Below, piece by piece: positions 16,868-25,088 of a stretch of DNA of 32,000 nucleotides. The DNA lies in assembly GCF_000018105.1 (NCBI RefSeq), contig NC_009925.1, forward strand, positions 6,360,001 through 6,392,000, given 5' to 3'. The position numbers were made by a program, and so were the translations under genes. Numbering within the stretch: the first letter of the stretch is position 1; every line of letters begins with the position of its first letter. Below the pieces are notes generated by a model that saw only the letters and a list, made by a program, of their open reading frames with translations, was not told the origin of the DNA and made no database searches. This DNA is from Acaryochloris marina MBIC11017. Its GTDB lineage: Bacteria; Cyanobacteriota; Cyanobacteriia; Thermosynechococcales; Thermosynechococcaceae.

Positions 16868-17518
16868 TCAAATTATTTCCGAGAGCTGAAGGCTCAAACT
16901 TTCAAGATCAATTTCATAGTGCTGCATCAATGTATTGATCTGGGTATCTGTTTGAGCAAGTTGAACCAGCCCCCATAAGAGATGTTCAGTCCCAATCGAT
17001 TTTTTCCCTTCGAGTTGAACAGCCTCTAAGGACAACTCCACAATTTTTTTGCTTTGCTGATTTAATCTGGGTTCCCCCCGGTATTCAAAGGAGTGGTCGT
17101 CGGTGGTAATCTCTACAGCTGTGCCGTTTGAGTGCAGTAAACGAGCAGACGTAGAGGTAGGGTCAGCCAACAAGCCTGCCAGTAAATGCTCTGGTGTAAC
17201 TTGTGCGGTTCCTTCTTGTTCAGCTCGATGACCGGAGAACTTGAATACATTGATTGCTTTGGGAGCAAACCGTTCAAAACCAAAATACTTTTTGTAGCGT
17301 TTGACGAGCGTTTGCATCGGATTTTCAGCCTCGTAGATAAATACATCTTCAATGGACACTTTGAACAGCTTGGCCAGTTTGAAAGCCATTTCCAAACTAG
17401 GGTCAAACTTACCGGACTCAAAACCATTGACAGCCTGACGACTAACTCCTAGGTCTCTGGCTAACGCGGCCTGAGATTTGTGGTGAAGTTTTCGCAGCTC
17501 TTTGAGTCGATTTTTCAT
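16868..17518 (-). CDS. XRE-family HTH regulator fused to a Clp N-terminal (Clp_N repeat) domain
   Basis: The N-terminus LRKLHHKSQAALARDLGVSRQAVNGFESGKFDPSLEMAFKLAKLF is a Cro/C1-type HTH. The C-terminal half carries two Clp_N-type repeats (TPEHLLAGLL... and GTEHLLWGLV...). Confidence 0.8.
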   Translation of the reverse strand: MKNRLKELRKLHHKSQAALARDLGVSRQAVNGFESGKFDPSLEMAFKLAKLFKVSIEDVFIYEAENPMQTLVKRYKKYFGFERFAPKAINVFKFSGHRAEQEGTAQVTPEHLLAGLLADPTSTSARLLHSNGTAVEITTDDHSFEYRGEPRLNQQSKKIVELSLEAVQLEGKKSIGTEHLLWGLVQLAQTDTQINTLMQHYEIDLESLSLQLSEII

Positions 17519-17527
17519 CGATGACGG

Positions 17528-17587
17528 TTACTTGTCGTCAAGTAACACTTTACGTTGGGTATTCTGATATGTCAAGCATCACTTGAC
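17528..17587. promoter_or_regulatory. Inverted-repeat operators upstream of the XRE-Clp_N gene
   Basis: TTACTTG-tcgt-CAAGTAA at 17528..17545 is a perfect 7-4-7 repeat. GTCAAG-catca-CTTGAC at 17571..17587 is a perfect 6-5-6 repeat. A related GTTACTTGAACAAG lies at 17637..17650. Confidence 0.45.
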
Positions 17588-17782
17588 AACATTCAAGCAA
17601 GGCTTGGTCAGCAAGTGTTTTGAAGCAGACTTCTTAGTTACTTGAACAAGACGAATATGGCTATGCACACCTGCTTCAGCGGATTTACGACAGGAAACAA
17701 GTGGCCAGGATAATTTAAAGGGGTGGTGACCGCCTTGAAGGCTATTACACGAAGTTAGGGTAAGTCGTCCAAGTCTCTTCTG

Positions 17783-18274
17783 TTATTTATCGAGCCCATC
17801 GCGCAATTTCAACACCATCTCCATTCGAGACGACACTTCTAATTTTCTAAACATACGTTTCAAGGCTTGTTTCACTGTATTTCGACTAATCCACAACGCT
17901 GCACCAATTTCTGGATTGGTCAGCCCTTGAGCGACAAGATTAGCGATTTGTCTTTCTCTAGGTGTTAGGGATTGCCAGTAGGGGTTGGAATCTGCAACTG
18001 AATGTTTGCGAAGTTCAGCAAGACGCGTGGAAAAGTGCGTACAAACTGCCCCAAATCTGGAGAGATCGAATTGATTAAAAGCAGGACCATGACCAACACG
18101 AGCAAAGTTAATGGTACCGATCAACTGTCCTTGGCCCAATACAGGACCGGTCATGATGTGTTCGTGGTCGTAGGTAGAACAACATCGCTGATAAAGTTCA
18201 CTCTGTTTCCAGGTCCCTTTTGGTAATACCAACTCTTCATGGGCTGGTGCATGATAGTTCAGGACAAACTTTAA
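17783..18274 (-). pseudogene. LuxR-family transcriptional regulator, C-terminal segment (sensor part plus LuxR HTH), separated from its N-terminus by IS5
   Basis: LTPRERQIANLVAQGLTNPEIGAALWISRNTVKQALKRMFRKLEV is a LuxR-type HTH. The frame continues upstream to the IS junction (PVL|KFVLNYHAPAHEELVLPKG after excision). Confidence 0.8.
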
Positions 18275-19172
18275 GAGGCTGTTTGAGAAGTTTTAGTGCT
18301 CCTGCGCTAGCCTTCGAACCATGAGTCGAATCATCGCCACATAAACAAGCGCTTCAGCCGTCCTAGTCAGCACCTCATAATCTTTATTAAGACGTCGAGA
18401 CCACAACAACCATCCAAACGTCCGCTCTACAATCCATCGTTTGGGAATAACCTGAAACCCCGCTAGATTATCTGAGCGTTTGACTACTTCCAAGACATAT
18501 TGAAAACGGTCCATTACCCACTTCATCAAAGCTTGTCCTTGATAGCCTGCATCAGCCCATATCCGAACTAGACGGGACAAACTCGCACCTTGGCGTTGAG
18601 CTTTCCAAAACAGTATTTTGGCCCCTCGTTGGTCAGAGATATTTGCAGCGGTGACCATCACCATCAGAACCAGCCCCAAAGTATCAACGAGCACATGACG
18701 TTTACGACCTTTGACCATTTTCCCACCATCAAACCCAATCAAGTGACACCGAGGATTGCCGACTTTGACCGATTGAGCATCGCAGATAGCGGCACTGGGA
18801 CTGGGATGACGGTCTTCACTCACCCGCACTTGCATGCGTAGATGTTCATTGATTTGACTCCAAGTCCCATCATCGCGCCACCTTCGAAAATAGCTATAGA
18901 CCGTTGACCAACAGGGAAAATCATGAGGTAGTTGTCTCCACTGACAACCTGTAACCACGAGATAAAAAATGGCATTGAGAACACTGAGCATATCAGTGGT
19001 GCGAGGTCTACCTCCAGGTTTAGCAGCAGGAATCAAAGGCTCAAGTAATTCCCATTGCAGGGTGGTGAGGTCGCTATCATATGCTGTAGGCATTGCTCTC
19101 TAGGTCCTGTCCAGTGTTTGTGTATTGACAGATTAGTACCTTGAGAGCTTTACTCACTTCTCAAACAGCCTC
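18275..19172 (-). mobile_element. IS5-family insertion sequence (898 bp), apparently intact
   Basis: Perfect 17-bp terminal inverted repeats: GAGGCTGTTTGAGAAGT (18275..18291) and ACTTCTCAAACAGCCTC (19156..19172). A 3-bp TAA direct repeat lies at 18272..18274 and 19173..19175. Confidence 0.9.
18293..19093 (-). CDS. IS5-family DDE transposase, 266 aa
   Basis: LTTLQWELLEPLIP...GGRPRTTDMLSVLNAIFYLVVTGCQWRQLPHDFPCWSTVYSYFRRWRDDGTW plus a DDE part (VDTLGL...WADAGYQG...IVERTFGWL), typical of the IS5 family. Confidence 0.9.
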   Translation of the reverse strand: MPTAYDSDLTTLQWELLEPLIPAAKPGGRPRTTDMLSVLNAIFYLVVTGCQWRQLPHDFPCWSTVYSYFRRWRDDGTWSQINEHLRMQVRVSEDRHPSPSAAICDAQSVKVGNPRCHLIGFDGGKMVKGRKRHVLVDTLGLVLMVMVTAANISDQRGAKILFWKAQRQGASLSRLVRIWADAGYQGQALMKWVMDRFQYVLEVVKRSDNLAGFQVIPKRWIVERTFGWLLWSRRLNKDYEVLTRTAEALVYVAMIRLMVRRLAQEH

Positions 19173-19400
19173 TAAGACAGGATCGACGGGAATACCAAAT
19201 TTTTGATATCGCTCAGCAAAGCTATCCGAAACGCCACGGGCATCAAAACTAACCAGATTATTGGCTGAATCAATCAGCGAAATTCCCCACCGTTGTATCC
19301 CAAAATAATGGCTGATATTATCCATTACTCTAAATCGCAGTACTTCTTCTGTGGGGGCAGTTGCAATTTCGTGAAATAGAGGATGAAGCGACCTAGACAT
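19173..19400 (-). pseudogene. LuxR-family regulator, N-terminal segment upstream of the IS5 insertion
   Basis: MSRSLHPLFHEIATAPTEEVLRFRVMDNISHYFGIQRWGISLID...GIPVDPVL, then the sequence reads into the IS end. It is in frame with 17783..18274 after excision. Confidence 0.8.
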
Positions 19401-19492
19401 GGCTTAAAAGTGTACCCACTTGGGGTCTAGTGACGTTAGCTGCATTTCCTTAAAATCCTTACATAATTAGACTTTTCAAACAACAAAAGGGA

Positions 19493-20188
19493 ATGACGCA
19501 ACTACAGATTGGCTTTCTGATCTATCCGGGAGTAATTCAGCTAGATGTAATGGGCGCTTATCAAGTTCTCGCCTTTCCATCGAATACCCATGTGCATCTG
19601 ATCTGGAAAACGCTAACACCTATCGCCAGCAATGAAGGGTTAACCCTAACACCAACCGCAACCATTTCCGATTGTCCACCGTTAGATGTCATTTGTGTGC
19701 CAGGGGGTGGGATGGGACAAATCGAGGTGATGAAAGATCTGGAAATTTTAGACTTTCTGAAACAGCAGTCTCAAGGCGCACAGTACGTCACCAGTGTCTG
19801 CACAGGATCGATGATTTTAGCGGCGGCTGGCGTATTACAAGGCTACAAAGCAACTTGTCATTGGGCATTTCGAGATCAACTAGCAATACTGGGGGTTGAT
19901 GTCATGTCTCAAAGAGTCGTGATTGATCGCAATCGCGTTACAGGGGCTGGTGTGACCTCAGGGATTGATGTTGGCTTAACGCTTTTGGGGCTGCTTTGTG
20001 GTGATGAAGTAGCAAAAATGACTCAACTCATGATGGAGTATAGCCCTGAACCTCCTTTTAATGCAGGGACACCAGAACAAGCAGGGGAGGAAATCGTTCA
20101 ACCCTTTATTCAATTGGGCAAACCACTGCTTGATGCTTTCCTAGCTCAAACAAGAGATTCGGCAAGTCAACTCAGTATACAAAGCTGA
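19493..20188 (+). CDS. DJ-1/PfpI-family protein (class I glutamine amidotransferase-like fold)
   Basis: IGFLIYPGVIQLDVMGAYQV...ICVPGG...VTSVCTGSMILAAAGVLQGYKATCHW contains the nucleophile-elbow Cys. Confidence 0.85.
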   Translation: MTQLQIGFLIYPGVIQLDVMGAYQVLAFPSNTHVHLIWKTLTPIASNEGLTLTPTATISDCPPLDVICVPGGGMGQIEVMKDLEILDFLKQQSQGAQYVTSVCTGSMILAAAGVLQGYKATCHWAFRDQLAILGVDVMSQRVVIDRNRVTGAGVTSGIDVGLTLLGLLCGDEVAKMTQLMMEYSPEPPFNAGTPEQAGEEIVQPFIQLGKPLLDAFLAQTRDSASQLSIQS

Positions 20189-20270
20189 TTTTGGGGCTTA
20201 GGGGGCATGGCTATCTTAAGAGGATTAGGCCTCATGAAAATTCGTCAACTCCTCACCCTTCAGTAGGAAT

Positions 20271-20298
20271 AAGGATGGATTGCACTGCTGCCATCCTT
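20271..20298. terminator. Hairpin between convergent genes; weak candidate bidirectional terminator
   Basis: AAGGATGG(20271..20278)-12 nt-CCATCCTT(20291..20298). There is no clear U-tract on either strand. Confidence 0.25.
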
Positions 20299-20777
20299 TA
20301 AGGGGTAAGGTCTGGATTAAATTGCCGAATAAGCTGTATTGCTCGTTGATACTCTTTCTGATTGCCTTGTTGGGAGAACAGCCCTGCGGCCTGCCTCAGA
20401 TCGACTAGCCCATTCGTTTGATCTCCCAAGGAGAGCCTCACACTTCCCCGGTACAGATAGGCTTCTGCAAACCGAGCATTTCGCTGCACCGCATCATCAA
20501 AATCTTCTAGTGCTCCAAAGTCATCCTCCAGTTCAAACCGCACTTTTCCCCGATAGAAGTAGGGCGTGGCACTATCTGGATTGAGAAGAATTGCTTGAGT
20601 GAAGGTTGCGATCGCATCACGATACTGACCCTGTTGGAAATGGACCTGCCCTTGCCGAATCAAACCTGCAAGATTGTTTTCCGATGCGATGGCGACCCTG
20701 GAGCATAGCATCAGCAGCAGGGCCACCCCGAAACCGCATAGTTTGTTTGATTTCAGCATATCCCGATCTACCCACAT
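20298..20777 (-). CDS. TPR-repeat protein with an N-terminal signal peptide
   Basis: LCGFGVALLLMLCSRVAIA is followed by TPR-like repeats (YRDAIATFTQAILLNPDSATPYFYRG..., RFAEAYLYRG...). The start may be ATG 20759. Confidence 0.75.
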   Translation of the reverse strand: MWVDRDMLKSNKLCGFGVALLLMLCSRVAIASENNLAGLIRQGQVHFQQGQYRDAIATFTQAILLNPDSATPYFYRGKVRFELEDDFGALEDFDDAVQRNARFAEAYLYRGSVRLSLGDQTNGLVDLRQAAGLFSQQGNQKEYQRAIQLIRQFNPDLTP

Positions 20778-20871
20778 CCCTCAAAAACGACACCGCTACG
20801 ACATCGAGTTGTATGGTTAATCATGGAGCAGCAACCTGAAATTAGCCTGAGCGAACCTTAAACAAGCCAAT

Positions 20872-21498
20872 ATGTCTCCTCCCATCCGTATTTTAGTCGT
20901 CGAAGATCACCCAGTTGTCCGCCACGGCATTATTGCGATTCTCAGCCAAGCCGAAGATATGGAAGTCATTGCTGAAGCTGAAAATGGCCTAGAAGCTATT
21001 AACCAATACGAAACCCATCAGCCGGACATCACCCTGATGGATCTGCGCATGCCCCATCTTGAAGGGGTCGAAGCCATTGCTCGCATTCGCGCTAAAACCT
21101 CCACTGCCCAGATCATTATCCTCACCACTTACGACACAGATGAAGATATCTATCGGGGCCTGCAGGCGGGTGCGAGGGGCTATATCCTCAAAGATACAAC
21201 TGCCACAGAACTGATCCAGGCCATTCGCACCGTCCATGGTGGCAAACGCTACATCCCCTCAGAAGTGGCCCTCAAGCTGGCGGACCGGATTGACGATAGC
21301 GATCTGACCGAACGAGAACTCGAAGTCCTGCAATTGCTGAGCAAAGGGAACAGCAACCAAGAAATTGCCGCTGCCCTCACCATCTCTGAAGGAACCGTCA
21401 AGTTCCATATCAACAACATTCTGTCCAAATTGGGGGTCAAAGACCGCACCCAAGCCGTGATTATGGCCTTAAAAAAGGGGCTGGCTCGTCTCGACTAA
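20872..21498 (+). CDS. NarL/FixJ-type response regulator (receiver plus LuxR HTH)
   Basis: ILVVEDHPVVR...DITLMDLRMPHLEG...ILTTYD...LTERELEVLQLLSKGNSNQEIAAALTISEGTVKFHINNILSKLGV. Confidence 0.92.
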   Translation: MSPPIRILVVEDHPVVRHGIIAILSQAEDMEVIAEAENGLEAINQYETHQPDITLMDLRMPHLEGVEAIARIRAKTSTAQIIILTTYDTDEDIYRGLQAGARGYILKDTTATELIQAIRTVHGGKRYIPSEVALKLADRIDDSDLTERELEVLQLLSKGNSNQEIAAALTISEGTVKFHINNILSKLGVKDRTQAVIMALKKGLARLD

Positions 21499-21753
21499 AT
21501 CGGGCAGAAGCCTCCTAAACCAAAGGTTTTCCTCAACACCTAGCCAAAAGTTAGGGAGATGCCCCTGCTCAACGTTGGGAATTTCTCATAACTCTTCCTA
21601 AGTACGATTGCTGAACACTGGACTAGCGCTTTCACTGGTCTGACTTGGTATAAAAAGTCAGGTCGGATGACAAGCGACTAAACCCCTTGCCTCTCCTTAA
21701 AATCTTTTTCATGAAGGCAACTCGATCTAGCAAACAAACAGGAACCCATCTCT

Positions 21754-22290
21754 ATGTCACCATCCTTACGCCCTTGTGATCATTTTCGGGGGTCTCCAGG
21801 CGATACTGTGACGCTTATCCTTTATGGAGATTACCAATGCTCCCACTCCTGCCAAACCTATAAAACCATTACCAATGTTCTCAACCAATCCCCCCATCCC
21901 GTTTGTCTCGTCTATCGACACTTTCCCCGAACTCCACCCCAGACCTCTGCCTGGAAAGCTGCTGAGGCCGCCGAGGCCGCATCCGCTCAGGGTAAATTTT
22001 GGGAAATGCATGATCTTTTATATCAACATTCAGAGATGCTAGAAGACGACAAACTCGTTGAGTGCGCCGTCCAGGTGGGTCTCGATATTCCTCAATTTCT
22101 CAAAGGCCTTACCAACCATATTCATACTGAACAAGTAGAGGCAGATATTGAAAGCGGACGTTCACAAGCCATTACCGCCCCTCCCACGATCTTGACCCGT
22201 ATTTACTGGCAGAGAACCTCGGCCCTAGAACCTCTCCTATCCAAAGTTCTAGAGATTGTTGAACTGACTCGGCCTGATGACAGCTCTTGA
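21754..22290 (+). CDS. DsbA-family thioredoxin-fold protein with a non-canonical CSHSC motif
   Basis: LILYGDYQCSHSCQTY...AAEAAEAASAQGKFWEMHDLLYQH resembles cyanobacterial DsbA-like proteins, which normally have GDYxCPYC. Confidence 0.75.
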   Translation: MSPSLRPCDHFRGSPGDTVTLILYGDYQCSHSCQTYKTITNVLNQSPHPVCLVYRHFPRTPPQTSAWKAAEAAEAASAQGKFWEMHDLLYQHSEMLEDDKLVECAVQVGLDIPQFLKGLTNHIHTEQVEADIESGRSQAITAPPTILTRIYWQRTSALEPLLSKVLEIVELTRPDDSS

Positions 22291-22520
22291 CAAACTTATT
22301 GGCATCATTTTTAAGAAAAGTCTAATTTCAATATTTTTAGGACTGATTTAGATAAGCACTTTAATCACTAATTTCTTGTAAATGCTAGAGAACTTTGCCC
22401 GTGATACCACTCTTCTAAGCTTTCTTGACAGCAATATTAAGTCTAGATCCCTAAGTTTCTGCCCCTTGTTTGCCCAAGAGGATTGCCTTCTCATCCGTAC
22501 AAACTCAGCAGAGACATAAC

Positions 22521-23357
22521 ATGAGTATTCAAGAGAAATTAGAGCCACCCTCTTACAAACTTGAGGGCTTCTCGTTTTACACCGCTTTAGAACCACCGAC
22601 CTGCTACGAGGAACATCGCCACGACGAACTTGAAATCTGCCTGATGCTAAATGATGCAGCCGCCCAGATTGCTTGGTTGCCAACCGAAGGGAGATCGCAA
22701 TACCGTCCAATTTCTGCGAACCAGCTGTGTATTATTCCGTCTCACCACTCCCATACCCTCGCCTGGGACATGCCTGCAGACTGCATTTTGATTTTTTTAC
22801 ATCCCAGCTTTATTTTCCAAACCACCTATGAATGGACCCTGGGCAGCTCTATCCAGTTTGAAGGGCGATATGCCATTGCCGATTCCCTGATTCATTCCCT
22901 CGCCCTCACCATGCGCTCTGCCTTCGAGAATCGGGAATTTACCGATTATCTCTACATTGATTCCTTGGTCAATGTATTGGCCATGTATCTCCTCAAAGCC
23001 TACTCGGATTGTCACACCGTCGCCCAAAAAACACCTCGGCCCCAGCGGTGGTTGCGACAGACCCTGGACTATATTCACGATTCCCTTGGACAAGACCTGC
23101 GACTATCAACGTTGGCCCATATTGCCCAAATGAGCGAGAGCAGTTTTTGTCATCTTTTTAAGGAGCAGATGGGCATCTCTCCCCACCAATACGTTATTCG
23201 CCAGCGCATCGAGAAAGCCAGACTGCTGCTGATTGAAAAAAAGTTACCGATTGTGGAGATTGCCTATGACTGTGGCTTCAATAGCCAGAGTCACCTCACC
23301 CTTTATTTTCGGCAGCATCTGGGAATCACCCCCAAAGCCTATCAGGATAGCCACTAA
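22521..23357 (+). CDS. AraC-family transcriptional regulator (cupin-like N-terminus plus two HTH motifs)
   Basis: ...SESSFCHLFKEQMGISPHQYVIRQRIEKARLLLIEKKLPIVEIAYDCGFNSQSHLTLYFRQHLGITPKAY. ATG 22521 is preferred over the track's TTG at 22470. Confidence 0.88.
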   Translation: MSIQEKLEPPSYKLEGFSFYTALEPPTCYEEHRHDELEICLMLNDAAAQIAWLPTEGRSQYRPISANQLCIIPSHHSHTLAWDMPADCILIFLHPSFIFQTTYEWTLGSSIQFEGRYAIADSLIHSLALTMRSAFENREFTDYLYIDSLVNVLAMYLLKAYSDCHTVAQKTPRPQRWLRQTLDYIHDSLGQDLRLSTLAHIAQMSESSFCHLFKEQMGISPHQYVIRQRIEKARLLLIEKKLPIVEIAYDCGFNSQSHLTLYFRQHLGITPKAYQDSH

Positions 23358-23509
23358 AGATAGGCCAGGGCGGGAGACGGGTAAACCCGCCTCAGAAAAA
23401 ATGGGGGAGCCGTTAAGGTCATGCCTTAAGTTCTCCCTTAACCTCATTATCTTGACCCACAAACCGGACGGACTATTGCTCAATAGGGAGATTCTAGAAA
23501 TAATCTCCC

Positions 23510-24445
23510 ATGAATCCAAATGAGGATTTTCGTTCCCCTGAGTCAGATTCACCGATTTACTCCATCAACTGCGGTGATCCAGACGCTGTTCTCCAAATTT
23601 GTCCAGAACGTCCGCACTGCTCCAGCCAAGCGGCAGGATGGGATGGACTCATTCTCAAAGAGCACCATCAACCGGCCCATACCACACCGGTCCATAAATT
23701 CACTCACCATGTGTTGATCCTCTCTCCCTTGGATAACGTTTTTGAGGTGGAGTATCAGTTAGGCGAGCTTTCCTTTCAGGGACCCTATGGTCATGGGGAG
23801 CTGATGATTATTCCGGCCCATACCCCCCAGCAGTGTCAGTGGCATCAGGCAGTATCCTTTCTCAGTCTCAGCCTCGAACCTCAATTTTTCGAGACGGCAG
23901 CCTACGATTTAACACAGGTCAACCGCTTTGAACTACTGCCCAATATTGCGGTTCAAGATCGTCTGATCTATGACATCGGTACAGCCTTACGGCAAGAACT
24001 CAATACCCTCGAATTCACGGATCACCTGTATATTGACTCCCTAGTCACCGCCTTATCCATCCATTTGATGAAACGGTATTGTACACAAGTCCCCCGCCTC
24101 AAGGATTCATCCGATCAAGGACTACCCCCGGCCCTGTTGAATCGAGCCTTAGAGTATATTAACGATCACTTGGACCAAAACCTGAAACTCGTGGATCTGG
24201 CCCAAGAGGTGGGCATGAGTCGGTACTACTTTTCACGGCTGTTTAAGAAATCCATGGGCGTTGCCCCGCATCAGTACGCCATTAAACAGCGAATCAAAAA
24301 AGCCAAGGGATTGCTGAGGCAAACGAATACCCCCATTGCCATGATTGCTCGACAGTGTGGTTTTACCAATCCGAGTCATTTAAGTAAGTATTTTCGCCAG
24401 CTCACGGGGGTTACTCCAAAGGCATTTCGAGACCAATATCGTTGA
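23510..24445 (+). CDS. AraC-family transcriptional regulator, tandem paralogue of 22521..23357
   Basis: LEFTDHLYIDSLVTALSIHLMKRY (compare REFTDYLYIDSLVNVLAMYLLKAY in the neighbour)...SRYYFSRLFKKSMGVAPHQYAIKQRIKKAKGLL...CGFTNPSHLSKYFRQLTGVTPKAF. Confidence 0.9.
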   Translation: MNPNEDFRSPESDSPIYSINCGDPDAVLQICPERPHCSSQAAGWDGLILKEHHQPAHTTPVHKFTHHVLILSPLDNVFEVEYQLGELSFQGPYGHGELMIIPAHTPQQCQWHQAVSFLSLSLEPQFFETAAYDLTQVNRFELLPNIAVQDRLIYDIGTALRQELNTLEFTDHLYIDSLVTALSIHLMKRYCTQVPRLKDSSDQGLPPALLNRALEYINDHLDQNLKLVDLAQEVGMSRYYFSRLFKKSMGVAPHQYAIKQRIKKAKGLLRQTNTPIAMIARQCGFTNPSHLSKYFRQLTGVTPKAFRDQYR

Positions 24446-24667
24446 GTTAAACATGAGTGCAAGATCGTAATAGTTCCTGCAGGAATATAAAAGAGTTATC
24501 CCCCATTGATTTCATACTCTAAAGGGGCATCACACACAGAGGTTGGCGTTGCTAGTCGGTGAATTCAACCATCACCATGCCCTGAAGACTGTACCCATAT
24601 TATTCAGCGAATGGATGGTATGAAATTGATCTCCTAGCAGCGCCAAAACAAACAAGATGTTTTTGAT

Positions 24668-24919
24668 GTGACCTCATTAGTGAATGAAAATTCATGCATA
24701 ATCACATGCCCTTGTTGCACCTCACAACTACTCAGACATATTGATCGTCGAGGGATTTACTGGTATTGCCTCCATTGTCGAGCAGCCATGCAGGTCCTAA
24801 TTGAACACTCACATTATCTACTCATCAATTCTCAGCATAAAGTGTCAAATCTTCAGGATTTAGACACATTAATGGATTCACAATCTCTTCCTTTATTGCT
24901 CAATCTATTTATCGATTAA
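24668..24919 (+). CDS. Small zinc-ribbon protein (CxxC...YWYCxxC family); hypothetical
   Basis: CPCCTSQLLRHIDRRGIYWYCLHCRAAMQ is paralogous in motif to 5527..5757. It has a GTG start, and the exact start is uncertain. Confidence 0.5.
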   Translation: MTSLVNENSCIITCPCCTSQLLRHIDRRGIYWYCLHCRAAMQVLIEHSHYLLINSQHKVSNLQDLDTLMDSQSLPLLLNLFID

Positions 24920-25088
24920 CACTCGATTTTTAAGATGGACTGCCTTGGCTTTGTTTGCGTATTTGTATTGATTGCTAAGTTAAATCCGAAATAAAAATTA
25001 TCCCCTGTTTTTCTGATTTATCTCAAATCTTTATAGGTCCTTCAGATGACGGAAGGCCCTGCTATCCTTCATCCCCTAGGAGATAAAA

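Noticed and set aside
22348-22710. A 120-aa minus-strand ORF overlapping the start of the first AraC gene.
   Set aside because: It is antisense to a well-supported AraC CDS, and its product is Arg/Ser/Leu-rich with no motif.
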